Shown one piece after another: positions 38,479 to 49,372 of a stretch of DNA of 64,000 bases. The notes below the pieces were generated by a model that was not told where the DNA came from, searched no databases, and saw nothing but the letters and a program-made list of their open reading frames with translations. The number at the start of each line of letters is the position of its first letter. The first letter of the stretch is position 1. A program made the position numbers and the translations under genes. Source of the DNA: an uncultured delta proteobacterium (GTDB lineage: Bacteria > Myxococcota > Myxococcia > Myxococcales > Myxococcaceae); NCBI GenBank assembly GCA_963771175.1, contig CAVYSY010000025.1, forward strand, positions 32,001 to 96,000, read 5' to 3'.

Positions 38479-40728
38479 TCAGCAGCCGTTCTCCTTCTTC
38501 ATCGCGGCCACCCGCGCATCGAGCCCATCGCCCGGGACGGCGTAGTCCAGCACGACGTCCAGATCCGCGCAGGTCGACGCCTCTTTGATGGCGGAGAGGC
38601 CACGGGTGGAGCACCGGCCCACCTGCGAGTTGAGGTCCGTGTTGCCCGCGTAGAAGCGGAAGCCCAGCTTCCAGATGCGGCAGGAGCGGCGCTTGTCCCC
38701 GCGATCATCCCAGTACTTGCCCCGGGTGATGGCGGCGGTGGCCATGTCGTGCTGGATGTTGCGCCGGTAGAAGGACGGCTTGGACTCGGCCAGGTCGCCC
38801 ATGAGCCGCTTGTCCACCTCCAGCGCCTCCAGCAGCGGCTCCTCGGCCTTCTCCACGTCCTCCTTCTGCAGGTAGCCCTGGCCGGTCTTGAAGAGCTGGT
38901 CCACGTTGTTCACTTCGGCGATCAGCTTGTCCGCATCGCTGTGGTACTGGGACAGCTCGTAATTGCCGCGCAGCCGCTGCAGGGTGGCGATCGCCTCGTT
39001 CCCGCGCCCACCGTGGTAGTCCATCATCGCGGCGACCATGAACTTGTTGGGGAGACGCTGCTTGAAGGCGGCCTCCACCTGCACCTTCGGATCCGGCGCC
39101 GCCTCGTCCACCATGAAGATGTCCGACACGGGGCACCGCCAGGGGGTGGCGTCGGGCATCACCCGGTGCCGGGCGTTGAGGAAGTCCAGGTAGAGCTTGT
39201 GCTTCGGCCGCCACTCGGTGCGACCCAGCCGCTTGTTCTTGTCGAGCACCAGGGTGTAGCCGATCGGCGGCTCCAGCTCCTCCTTGGTCATCTTCTGGCA
39301 GGCGTAGCCCATGTACTTCTCGCACTGGGGCACCGCGGTGCTCCACTGGCTGTCGCGCAGGTAGCGCTTGCAGTCGTCCTCCGCGCGCTTGATGACCTTC
39401 TCCACCGCCTCCAGCACCTTGGGCTTGGCCCGGCGGAAGTACGCGCTGTCCTTGGGGATCTTCCGGAAGAGATCCAACGCCTCCACTTCCTTGGAGCGCG
39501 CGAGCGCCTTCTCGCCCTGGACGAAGTTCTCCGCGGCCTCCTTCTCGACCTTGATGCGGCGCATGAGGGTGTTGGCCTCGGCGTGGATCGGATCGATGTC
39601 CAACGCCTGGGAGCAGGCCGCCTCGGCCTTCACCCAGTCGGGCTCGCCGCCCATCTCCGTGGAGGAGAAGGAGCGGCACTGGCTGAGCAGCTCCTGCACC
39701 TGCTCCGCCGGGGTCTGGGGCGGAGGAGCCTTCTGCGCCATCGGCTTTGTCCCCGCCACGCCACCACCGCCGCCACCGCTGACGCTCTTGACGATGCCCG
39801 CCACCAACAGCAGGCCGACCACGCTGGCGGCCACCACCAGCAGCTTCTTGCGCGAGGCCGGGATTCCCGCCGCTGGCGCCTCCGCCTCCGCCGCGCCGCC
39901 CGCACCGCGCCGGCCAGGCACATCACCGCGCCCGCCACGCACGGGCAGCCTGGAGGCCCCGCCACTCTCGAACACCAGCTCCACCATGCCGAATGTGACG
40001 ATGTCCCCCGGCTGCAGCACCACCTCCTCGGTGCCCACCGGCTCGCCATTCACGAGCGTGCCGTTGGCGCTGCCCAGATCGCGCAGGACCACGCCCGCGG
40101 GTGTGGCCTCCACCTCGGCGTGCTTGCGGCTCACCGAGTCGTCCTCGAGGACCACCGAGGCAGGCGCCAGACGGCCCACCACCAGCTTGCCCTTCACGGG
40201 GAACTTCTGGTTGGCCCAGGGGCCGGTGAGGCCCTGAGCACCGGGGGGCCGCCGCCCGTCGCTGGATCGCCCGCGGGGGCGGGCCGGGGACGCTTCGCCA
40301 GCGCCGCGGGGCCTCCCGCGCCCGGGGCCGGCCGCTTCATCGCGGGCATGGCCCGGGTGGCGCGCGGGTTGTCGCCCAGCTCCTCCGGCTCCTCGCTCGC
40401 GGGCTTCGCCGCCTTGCGCGCACCGAGGCAGAGGGACGAGCCGAGGCCTTGAGCCGCATCTCGTAGTCGCCCACCAGCACCTGGGACTTGGGCGTGAGCG
40501 GCGTCATGCCGGTGATGCGCTCACCGTCCACGAAGGTGCCGTTGGCGCTGCCCACGTCCTCCACCAGCACCTTGCCGCCCTCGTCGAAGAAGCGGGCGTG
40601 CCGGCGCGACACGCCGCCCTCGGCAAGGACCAGATCTTGGTGCCTTCCTGGCGGCCGATCTTCAGCTCACCGGAAAGCTCGTGCTCGCTCTCGCTGCCGT
40701 CGGGGTGACGGATGACCAGGGTCGCCAT
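38479..40728 (-). CDS. kilD: Double-FHA, TM and TPR-like protein (KilD-like); frameshifts at 40.2-40.7 kb
   Basis: Two FHA domains (VSRRHA..SANGT, VSRKHA..SANGT); downstream of the Tad ATPase as in M. xanthus kil cluster 1. Confidence 0.75.
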
Positions 40729-40735
40729 GACGACG

Positions 40736-42503
40736 TCACTCCTCGCGGAAGATGCTCATGTTGACGGGGATGCCCTGGCGCTGCAGGTCGTCGTAGAACT
40801 TGGGCACGAAGCCCGCTGGCCACGAAGCGGCCGCGCACCTTGCCCTCGTCCGTGAAGCCTTCCTGCTTGAAATAGAAGATGTCCTGGAGGGTGACGATGT
40901 CCACCTCCATGCCGGTGATCTCGGTGATGTAGCAGATCTTCCGCGTGCCGTCGGAGAAGCGGGTCTGCTGCACGATGATGTGGACGGCGCTGGCGATCTG
41001 CTCGCGGATGGCCTTCACCGGCAGCTCCATGCCGCTCATCAGCACCATCGTCTCCAGCCGGGCGATGGCGTCGCGCGGCGTGTTGGCGTGCAGCGTGGTG
41101 AGCGAGCCGTCGTGGCCGGTGTTCATCGCCTGGAGCATGTCCAGCGTCTCGCCCGCGCGGCACTCGCCGACGACGATGCGGTCCGGCCGCATGCGCAGGC
41201 AGTTCTTCACCAGGTCGCGGATGGTGATGGCGCCCTTGCCTTCGAGGTTGGGCGGGCGGCTCTCGAGCTGCACCCAGTGGTCCTGCGGGAGCTGGAGCTC
41301 GGCCGCGTCCTCGACGGTGACGATGCGCTCGTCGTCGGGGATGAAGGAGCTGAGGATGTTGAGCGTCGTCGTCTTGCCCGAGCCGGTGCCGCCGGAGATG
41401 ACGATGTTCTTGCGCGCCTTGACGCACATCTCCAGGAACTCGGCCATCTGCGCCGTGAGCGTCTTGTAGCGGATCAGGTCCTCGATCTTCAGCGTGTCCT
41501 TCTTGAACTTGCGGATGGTGATGCACGGGCCCTTGAGCGCCAGCGGCGGGATGATGGCGTTGACGCGGCTGCCGTCCTTGAGGCGGGCGTCCACCAGCGG
41601 GCTGGACTCGTCGATGCGCCGGCCGATGGGCGCGACGATGCGCTCGATGACGCCGAGCACCGCCTGGTTCGAGGAGAAGATCTTCTCGGAGAGGACGAGC
41701 TTGCCCTTGCGCTCGATGTAGATCTGGTTGGCGTGGTTCACCATGATCTCGCTGATCTCGTCGTCGCGAGGAACGCCTCGAGCGGCCCCAGGCCGAGCGC
41801 CTCGTTGAGCACGTCGGTGAGCAGCTCCTCGCGGTCGACGTCGTCCGGGAGCTCTCCGTCCGCCTCCATCTGGTCGATGATGTCGCGGATCGCCTTCTCG
41901 GTGCGCCGCCACAGCTCCTCGTCGCCGAGCCGGTCCATGTCCAGGCGGCGCAGGTCGAGGTACTCGATCAGCCGGTCGTGGATGTCCTTCTGGAGCCGGG
42001 CGTAGGCCTCGACGCGGGGGTCGCACGCGCTTCTTGTTCTTCGCCAGCGCCGAGGCCAGCGAGGCCGGCATGCGCGCGTCTGTGCTCTGCGCGGGCTCCT
42101 CGTGCGGCTCGTCCTCGTAGGCGCCCTCGCTCGCTCGCCGCCGTCGTCGTCGCCCTGGTCCTCCTCGTAGTCACTCCTCCTCGGGAGCAGCCGTGCGCGT
42201 CATGCTGGGCTCGGCCAGCGGCTCGACGTTGATGATGTAGTCGCCGACGTAGATCTTGTCGGTCGGCCGCAGCACCTGCGGCCCGGCGATCTTCTTGCCG
42301 TTCACGAAGGTGCCGTTGGTGGACTTCAGGTCCACGACGATGAACTTGCCGTCCTTGACGACGATCTGCGAGTGGTACTTGGAGACGTTGCCCTTCGCGA
42401 GGACGATGTCGTTACCAGCGAGGCGACCGATGGTGATCTCGTTCTTCTCGAACTCGATCTGCTCGGTACCGCCGCCCTTCTCCTCGAGCGTGACGAGAAA
42501 CAT
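40736..42503 (-). CDS. cpaF: FHA-CpaF/TadA ATPase (KilF-like); frameshifted
   Basis: N-terminal FHA (IGRLAGND, STNGT), SGGTGSGKTT, LRMRPDRIVVGECR, MNTGHDGS. Confidence 0.9.
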
Positions 42504-42650
42504 GGCGCGGATGCTACCAAGCGCCTCCTCTACCTCAAAGAGGACGCGACGCGGCGGCCCACGCTTGCCCCCCAAAGCACCGAGGCCGGCGCCCATCCCC
42601 TGGGGGGACGAGGCCGGCCTCGAGGCCTGGAGCGCCGGAAGCGGGGGCGC

Positions 42651-44099
42651 TCAGTCGAAGATGTTGAAGTTCACCTCGCCGCGGGCCTGCTTGTAGCGGC
42701 TCTTCACGTCCTCGATGATCGTCCGGATCTTGTCCGAGTCCGGGTTGACGATGCGGGGCGTCACGAAGATGACCAGCTCGCGCTTGGTGGAGTCGAAGGC
42801 CCGGTTCTTGAAGAGCTCGCCGATGATGGGGATGTGGCCCAGGCCCGGCAGCTTGGAGATGGCCTTCTGCTCGTCGTGGCTGAAGACGCCCGAGAGCACG
42901 ATGGTCTCGCCGTGGCGCACGGTCACGTTGGTCTTCACCTTGCGGGTGCGGAAGCCGGGGATGGTCGACGAGCCACCGATGGACACGGCCACCGAGGTGT
43001 CGATCTCGGACGCCTCGGCCTCGATCTCCGTCTGGATGTTGCCGTTGCGGTCCGCGGTGGGGCGCAGGTTGAGGATGACGCCGTAGGGCTTGTACTCCAC
43101 GGTGAACTGGTTGGTGGTGATGAGGGGGATCGGCACCTCGCCGCCGGCGATGAACTCGGCCTTCTCACCGCTGGCGCACACCAGCTTGGGCTGGGCGAGC
43201 AGGCGGCCGTAGCCGTCGTTGGCCTGGAAGCCCACCGAGAACTCGGAGCCGCCGGAGATGTTGAGCCGGCCCGTGCCCTGGCCGAAGCTGCTGGGGAAGA
43301 GCTCCTGGTTGATGGTGGCCGTGGCCGCCACGCTGCCGGTGATGTCCGTGGGGTACTTGATGCCGTAGCGGTCCTTGCCGTTGCGGCGGATCTCCACGAA
43401 CTGCACCTCGGAGAGGATCATCCGCTTGATGCCGACGACGAGCAGGTTCTCCACCTTCTCGCCGATGGCCTTGGTGATGAGCTCGGCCTTCTGCAGGTCC
43501 TGCTGGCTCTCCACCGAGCCCTCCAGGAAGATGGTGGCGCCGACCACGTTCGCCTGCACGTTGTGCAGGCCCGCCTTCTGGAAGGCCGCGTTGAGGTTCT
43601 GCGCCACCAGCTTCTTGGCGTTGGGCGCGATCTTCACGAAGCTCTTCACGTTCGGGTAGAGCGACACCACCTGGTCGATGCGCTCCGCGTCCGCCGTGGT
43701 GTACGCCTGACCGTCCAGGTAGATGCGGTCGCCCACCATGCGCACGGTCACGCCCTCGATCTCGCCGAGCAGCTTCTTGATCTCGGCGATGACCTCGTTG
43801 GGGTCCTGCTTGCGCACGGTGACGAGGTAGCTGACGCGCTGGCCGGAGCTCTTCCAGACGAGCAGCGTCGTCTTGCCCTCGGACTGACCGATGATGAGGA
43901 TCTGGTTGTTCCCGATGATCTTCACGTCGGCGATGCTCGGGTCACCCAGCGCGATGCGCGTGATGCCGGGCACGGTGATCACCTTCTGGGTGCCGACGCC
44001 GAGGTTGATGGTGCTGCCGTCCTGGGCCCGCGCGGAGCCCGCGGCGAACAGGGTCAACAAGGCGCCGAGGGCGGCCACCTGCGTGAAGCGTCCAAGCAT
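42651..44099 (-). CDS. cpaC: Tad secretin CpaC/RcpA (KilC-like)
   Basis: Signal peptide, N-domain and BON-like region, GGEVPIP, KLPGLGHIPIIGELF, ELVIFVTPRIV. Confidence 0.9.
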   Translation of the reverse strand: MLGRFTQVAALGALLTLFAAGSARAQDGSTINLGVGTQKVITVPGITRIALGDPSIADVKIIGNNQILIIGQSEGKTTLLVWKSSGQRVSYLVTVRKQDPNEVIAEIKKLLGEIEGVTVRMVGDRIYLDGQAYTTADAERIDQVVSLYPNVKSFVKIAPNAKKLVAQNLNAAFQKAGLHNVQANVVGATIFLEGSVESQQDLQKAELITKAIGEKVENLLVVGIKRMILSEVQFVEIRRNGKDRYGIKYPTDITGSVAATATINQELFPSSFGQGTGRLNISGGSEFSVGFQANDGYGRLLAQPKLVCASGEKAEFIAGGEVPIPLITTNQFTVEYKPYGVILNLRPTADRNGNIQTEIEAEASEIDTSVAVSIGGSSTIPGFRTRKVKTNVTVRHGETIVLSGVFSHDEQKAISKLPGLGHIPIIGELFKNRAFDSTKRELVIFVTPRIVNPDSDKIRTIIEDVKSRYKQARGEVNFNIFD

Positions 44100-44128
44100 C
44101 GTGAGAGTCCCTTCGCGTCGCATCCGCA

Positions 44129-44665
44129 CTACCCCAGTCTGTCGTGCTGCCACCACATGGCCCAGAAAGTCCCGAGTGCGATCGCCACACCATAAGGAAT
44201 GTGGCGTCGCGGCCCACTCGCCGCGCCTTCGTGTATCAGCCGTGCCTTCACGGCCCACCGCCGCACCCACTCCGCCAACGTCTCCCAGACGGCGCCGTGC
44301 CACAGCAGCGTCACCACCGCCTGCAGCGCGCCCACCAGCGAGATGAAGGCCGCCGCGGCCATCACCGCTGGAAAGCCCAACACCGCCCCCACCCCCGCCA
44401 TCAGCTTCACGTCACCCCACCCCATCTTCCCGCGCACCGCCGCCGGCACCAGCATCAGCGCCAGCCCCACCCCCGATACCACCCCGCTCACCAGCCCCGA
44501 CTCCAAATCCCCCACGCCCTCGGCCCACAGGCGCACGCCCAATGCCATCGTCACCAGCGGGTAGGTGACGACGTCGAGGATCTGGCGGCGCAGGACGTCG
44601 GTAGCCACCGAGATCACCAGCGCCACTCCCAGGGCGGTCCAGAGCGCGATGTGAGTGGAAGTCAT
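44129..44665 (-). CDS. cpaA: A24 prepilin peptidase CpaA (KilA-like)
   Basis: TDVLRRQI, MGWGDVKLMAGVG, IPYGVAIA. Confidence 0.9.
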   Translation of the reverse strand: MTSTHIALWTALGVALVISVATDVLRRQILDVVTYPLVTMALGVRLWAEGVGDLESGLVSGVVSGVGLALMLVPAAVRGKMGWGDVKLMAGVGAVLGFPAVMAAAAFISLVGALQAVVTLLWHGAVWETLAEWVRRWAVKARLIHEGAASGPRRHIPYGVAIALGTFWAMWWQHDRLG

Positions 44666-44773
44666 CGGGCGCCTGCCCTCGACGATCGGGGGCAGGTTTA
44701 GGGACTAAATCAGGGAGGGCCGCTCTCCGTCAATTGGCCAACAGCCCAACCCCCTGAAGTGGCGGAATCGCCC

Positions 44774-45724
44774 TCACTGGTAGGTGAGGCGCACCCGCTC
44801 GCTGCAGATGAAGAACTCGTCCCCGTCCTCGACCTTGCGGCGCTTGATGCGCTGCTTGTTGAACCAGGTGCCGTTGGAGGAGCCGAGGTCCTCGATGAAG
44901 AAGTCGTCGCCCTCGCGGACGATGACGGCGTGCTCGCGGGACACCTTGCCGGAGTGGATGACCAGGTCGCAGTGCTTGCCGCGGCCGATCACGAACCGGT
45001 CCTGGGTGATGACCCGGGGATCGGCATTGTCCACGGAGAGCACCAGCGCACCACCGGCCGACCCATCCATGGGCTCGTCGTCCATGGGCTGATCATCCAT
45101 GGGCTCGTCGTCCATGGGCTGATCATCCATGGGCTCGTCGTCCATGGGCTCGTCCTCGGCGTCCAGACCCATGCCGGCATCGTCGTCGTCGGGCAGCGGC
45201 TCCTCGTCGATCTCCTCGCGAGGCTCGTTGCTCTTGCCCTTGATGAGGCGCTCGAGCTCGGCGGCCGTCTCCAGCACGCGCTCGGCCACCTCGCGGCGGG
45301 CGGGATCATTGTCGAGCGAGTTGGCGGGAGCACGCTCCTCGGCGACGCGCGCCGAGGGACGCTGCGGCGCGGCAGCGGACGCCGGGGTGTGATCCTCACG
45401 GGAGAGAGGCGGCGCCTTGGAGGAGGCGGCCCCACCGGCGACGGGCTGCAACACGGGCGGAGCGCCCTTGCTGGCACCCACGGAAGGCCCGGAGGCGCGC
45501 GCGGCCGACGGGGCCGCTCCACCACCGGAAGCCACCACCGCCACCTCGGGCCTGCCCGTGCGCGCTACCTCGATGAAGCCGTTGAGGCGGGCGAACATGA
45601 ACAGCGCCTGATTGATGAGCGCGTCACGATCCGAGCCCATCTGCTGGGCCATGTCTTCGTAGGTCTCCCACAGGTGGTCGGCGATACCGACCTTGCGGGC
45701 AGGACGGGAGTTCTGGTCGATCAT
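44774..45724 (-). CDS. FHA-domain protein with RHH-like N-terminus and acidic repeat linker
   Basis: IGRGKHCD..VSREHA..SSNGT FHA domain at the C-terminus. Confidence 0.9.
   Translation of the reverse strand: MIDQNSRPARKVGIADHLWETYEDMAQQMGSDRDALINQALFMFARLNGFIEVARTGRPEVAVVASGGGAAPSAARASGPSVGASKGAPPVLQPVAGGAASSKAPPLSREDHTPASAAAPQRPSARVAEERAPANSLDNDPARREVAERVLETAAELERLIKGKSNEPREEIDEEPLPDDDDAGMGLDAEDEPMDDEPMDDQPMDDEPMDDQPMDDEPMDGSAGGALVLSVDNADPRVITQDRFVIGRGKHCDLVIHSGKVSREHAVIVREGDDFFIEDLGSSNGTWFNKQRIKRRKVEDGDEFFICSERVRLTYQ
45065..45154 (-). repeat. In-frame 15/30-bp tandem repeat encoding (DDEPM/DDQPM)x6
   Basis: Unit ATCCATGGGCTCGTCGTCCATGGGCTGATC repeated on the + strand. Confidence 0.9.
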
Positions 45725-45783
45725 CTCTTGACTCGCGGATCCAGGAGTCCCCGACCATAGCAGAGCGGTCCAGGGACGCGAAA

Positions 45784-47835
45784 TCACTGAAAGGGGAAGA
45801 CTCCCCGGCTGTTGTCGATGCTCGGGTCGACGGTCTGCATGCTCACCTGGAGCACGCCATCCGCCGAGGGGTAGGCGATGTAGGCATAGTCCGTGCCCCC
45901 CACCTCCGCCTGCACCACGGTTCCGGGCAGCTGGAAGAACTGGATCTCCTGAACGCTGGTGTCCACCGTCACCGCGAACGGGAAGTAGTGGGACAAGGTA
46001 TTCACCACGTAGCGATCCCCGCGCGCGATGTCCGTGGCCAGCCGGTTGGAGACGGTGATGCGCACCACCAGGCCCTCACTCGCCCCGGTGTAGCCAGCCG
46101 GGTGGAAGAAGTAGGGCCCGGTCCGCGAGTAGCTCTCACTCAAGGCCAGGCGCTGGATGAAGCCCTCGTTGCCGCTGGAGAGGACGAGCGGCCGGCTGCC
46201 CGCTGCCCGGACCTGGAAGCGCGTGTAGCCGGCGCACTCCGGCGGGATGGCGGTATTGGTCGTCAGGACGGTGGGCTGCTTGGGGTCGGTCGGCGTCTGC
46301 ACCGAGGCCACCACCAACTCCGTGTCACACGGCTGCCCCCCCACCCCCTCTGGGATGAGGATGATGAGGTCGGCGGGCTGGGCCACCTGCCCCGGGACAC
46401 TGAACTCAGAGGACGTCGTGTCGCCGCGCGCCAGGTTGTCCATTCCAGGCAGGAGGCCCTGGTACGTGAGCACGTACGTCTCGTTGGTCGTGACGCCGTT
46501 CGTCACCTCGGCGGTGACGTCGCCCGTGTCCCCCCGGTTGGTCCCCTGGGTGGTGATGAGCGAGACCTGCTGCTCGGCATCCTGGTCGTCGATGTCGAGC
46601 ACGCGCAACCCCACCGCATCGAAGAAGAGGAGCTGCCCACTGGAGAGCGGCACGATGCCCAGCAGGGCGAGGGTGCTCCCGATGGCGCTGACGCGCACGT
46701 GCGCCGACACCGACAGGCCCGTGGGCAGCCCGGAGCCCAACCGGATGGGCAGCATGTCGTAGAGGTACGTGGGGTTGTTCAGGCCGTCCCGGCTGGAGTC
46801 GTCCTTGAGCACCTTGCCCGTGTTGGCATCCACCGCCAGCACGCCCGTGGCGCACTCGGTCTGGCCACCGCCGCAGTTCGACGGATCGAGGACTCCATAG
46901 ATGCGGGCTCCAGCCACCAGCCTTTGGGGCACATCGACGAAGTCGTCGGTCGTGTCATCGTCGTTCGGGGGCGTGTTCACCCGCTGCGAGTAATCCACCG
47001 CCTCATGGGTGGCGAGCTGGAGCACCTGCTGTCCGCCGAAGTCCAACTCCATCACCGCGTTCGTCAGCGGGTTCACCTTGTAGGTCTTCCCCGGCTCGGC
47101 TCCGGCCGTGCTGCGCGTGGCCACGGCGAGCTGCCCCTCGGGAAGCACGAGCAGGGCACTCACGGCCACGTTGGCGGGCAACACCCCTTCCAGCCGCCGA
47201 ACCGGCCCCACCAGCGAGGCCCCGGCGAGGAGGTCCTGAGGCGCCGGCACCTGCAGCTCCCACAGCCAGGCCCCGGTGGTCTCCTGGGTGGTGTAGTAGA
47301 GCGTGCTCGAGCCGCCCTCCTGCTCGGGCCCCCGGGCCGCGAAGGCCGTCACCGGGCCCGCCGACGGGGCCGAATTGGTCGGGGTGAGCTCGTTCGTCAC
47401 CAGCTGCTTCACCTCGCGCAGGAACTTGCGCTCCGAGGCCACCACGGAGATGCGCGTCGAGCCATTGCTGCGCGCGTAGACGTAGGATCCCCCCACGTCA
47501 GCGCCAGTCGCGTCGTAGCGCACGTCGAGCGCGAGATCCTGGGGCCGCTCCAGCACTGGGATGGAGAGCGCCTCGAGCGGGTTGGGGGCGCGCAGATAGC
47601 CCCGCTCCGCCCCTTCCGCCTTGAGGTCCAGCACGCGCAGCTCGTTGCGGTCCATCGAGGTGACGAACAGCAGGTCCCCCTCCACCGGGTTCCCCTCCTC
47701 GTTCCGCTCGTCCCTCACCAGGACCACGTCGTAGGTCCCGGACAGCCCCGCCGCCGGGAGGCTCTCCTCCTCCGTGGTGCAGGCGAATACCAGCGCTCCG
47801 ACCACCACCATCAACGGCACGATGACGCGCTTCAC
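45784..47835 (-). CDS. Large lipoprotein, beta-rich
   Basis: Lipobox VFA-C; GTG start overlaps the upstream stop (GTGA). Confidence 0.8.
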   Translation of the reverse strand: MKRVIVPLMVVVGALVFACTTEEESLPAAGLSGTYDVVLVRDERNEEGNPVEGDLLFVTSMDRNELRVLDLKAEGAERGYLRAPNPLEALSIPVLERPQDLALDVRYDATGADVGGSYVYARSNGSTRISVVASERKFLREVKQLVTNELTPTNSAPSAGPVTAFAARGPEQEGGSSTLYYTTQETTGAWLWELQVPAPQDLLAGASLVGPVRRLEGVLPANVAVSALLVLPEGQLAVATRSTAGAEPGKTYKVNPLTNAVMELDFGGQQVLQLATHEAVDYSQRVNTPPNDDDTTDDFVDVPQRLVAGARIYGVLDPSNCGGGQTECATGVLAVDANTGKVLKDDSSRDGLNNPTYLYDMLPIRLGSGLPTGLSVSAHVRVSAIGSTLALLGIVPLSSGQLLFFDAVGLRVLDIDDQDAEQQVSLITTQGTNRGDTGDVTAEVTNGVTTNETYVLTYQGLLPGMDNLARGDTTSSEFSVPGQVAQPADLIILIPEGVGGQPCDTELVVASVQTPTDPKQPTVLTTNTAIPPECAGYTRFQVRAAGSRPLVLSSGNEGFIQRLALSESYSRTGPYFFHPAGYTGASEGLVVRITVSNRLATDIARGDRYVVNTLSHYFPFAVTVDTSVQEIQFFQLPGTVVQAEVGGTDYAYIAYPSADGVLQVSMQTVDPSIDNSRGVFPFQ

Positions 47836-49241
47836 TGCTGAGCCTCCTGACACGAAACGGTCCCTTCCTTGTCCTGCCGTGCCCCGAGCCGGGCCACCAG
47901 CCGGGCCAGCTGCGGACTCTCAAGGTCCGGGATGTCGATCACCGAGACGCGTCCGTCGCCGAAGTTGCTGACGAAGATGCGAGCCGCGTTGCCTTGCTCC
48001 TGCACGGCGAGTCCGAAGGGCTGGGGTTCCAGAGCCCCGCGATCATCCTCCCCCACCGCCACCTGCGCCACGACCTGGCCCACGTCCGGATCATAGATGG
48101 CCACCACGCCGGCCGCGCTGCAGGACACCAGCACCAGCACACTGCGCGTCGGCCCGCGAGACACCAGCTTCACCTGGGTGGGGCCGTCCGGCATGGGCAC
48201 CGCGCCCACCAGCGACAAGGTGGGCAGTTCCGAGGTCGCCTCGTCACCCCGCACGTTCAGGACCACCAACGAGTCCGGCGAGCGCACGGCCAGGTACAAC
48301 CGCCGGACTCCCGACGCGTCGGCCTGTGTCAGCGCGAGGCCACGAGCGTCCCGGGCAGCGAAGCCCAGGTCCACCCCGGGGTCGATGATCCGGTTCAGGT
48401 TGTCCACGTTGTCCTTTTCCAGCACGCGCAGCAGGAACCGCCGGCCGGTGGCGTTCCGCACATTGCTGGAGAACCGACCGGAGACGAACAGGTACCGCTC
48501 ACCGATCGCCACCGAGTGGCTGCCGCCCACGGGCAGAGCGCCCGCGGTCAGCGGGCGGAAATCCGCGCTCGAGACGCTCGGCGTGCTGCCTTCCAGTTGG
48601 ACCAGGTACGACTGGAAATCGGCTCCCGAGCGGGCGGGCGAGTCCGCGGGGTCCACATGCGTCACGAACACCTTCCCCTCGTTGGAGACGGTGACGCCGA
48701 AGGGCGCGGGCGCGCGGGGCAGGTCATTCTGCTGCCCCGGCACGTCCTCGGTGAGAGACAGCGCGTCCTCGATGCAATTGTCCCGGCTCGGGCCCACGCA
48801 GGCCAGCCGCGTCGGCTCCGGGATGTCGATGTAGTGGAGGAAGTCACCGTCCGCGCGGGCGGGGACGAAGAGCCGGGGCGAGGCGTCCGGGCGCTCCCAG
48901 AGGGCCATCTCGCCGGCGTAGCTCTGGATATAGACGCGCGACTCCTCCGCGAGATTGAGCTGCTCGATTGGCAGCGGCTCCGTGTTGGTGGCCGCACCGA
49001 GGGCGGGCAGCTCATTCCCGCCGGCCCCTACCCGGTCCAGATCGACCGCCATGACGGTGCCCTGATCGAAACATCGATCGAAGTTGGCGCTCGCCACGTA
49101 GAGGATGCCGTTGGTGGAACCGGGAACGGCCCGGTGCACGAGACCGCTCGGGTAGACGAAGCGATCCGACGGCGCGGGCCGGGGGTTGGCTTCGTTGCAC
49201 GCGGTGACAAGGAGCGCGAGACAGAGGAAATGGGGGCGCAT
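47832..49241 (-). CDS. YncE-like beta-propeller lipoprotein
   Basis: Lipobox VTA-C; LYVASANFD, PFGLAV, IFVSNFGDGRVSVID. Confidence 0.8.
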   Translation of the reverse strand: MRPHFLCLALLVTACNEANPRPAPSDRFVYPSGLVHRAVPGSTNGILYVASANFDRCFDQGTVMAVDLDRVGAGGNELPALGAATNTEPLPIEQLNLAEESRVYIQSYAGEMALWERPDASPRLFVPARADGDFLHYIDIPEPTRLACVGPSRDNCIEDALSLTEDVPGQQNDLPRAPAPFGVTVSNEGKVFVTHVDPADSPARSGADFQSYLVQLEGSTPSVSSADFRPLTAGALPVGGSHSVAIGERYLFVSGRFSSNVRNATGRRFLLRVLEKDNVDNLNRIIDPGVDLGFAARDARGLALTQADASGVRRLYLAVRSPDSLVVLNVRGDEATSELPTLSLVGAVPMPDGPTQVKLVSRGPTRSVLVLVSCSAAGVVAIYDPDVGQVVAQVAVGEDDRGALEPQPFGLAVQEQGNAARIFVSNFGDGRVSVIDIPDLESPQLARLVARLGARQDKEGTVSCQEAQQ

Positions 49242-49372
49242 GGAAGGGGGGCGGAGTGTAGGAACCGCCCCAACGCCGGGCAACTACAAAGGGTCCCGGC
49301 TATTCCCTAGCCACCACATGCCCCCCTCCCCTTACATGCTCACTGCTCCGGACAGCAGCCCGGCGAGCGGGG

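Noticed and set aside
35519..38545. 1008-aa plus-strand ORF, and similar long ORFs such as 52336..54663, 55767..57935 and 60403..62700
   Set aside because: These are antisense shadows of real genes (polA, kinase, recO-tgl, rpoC) caused by high GC3 codon bias.
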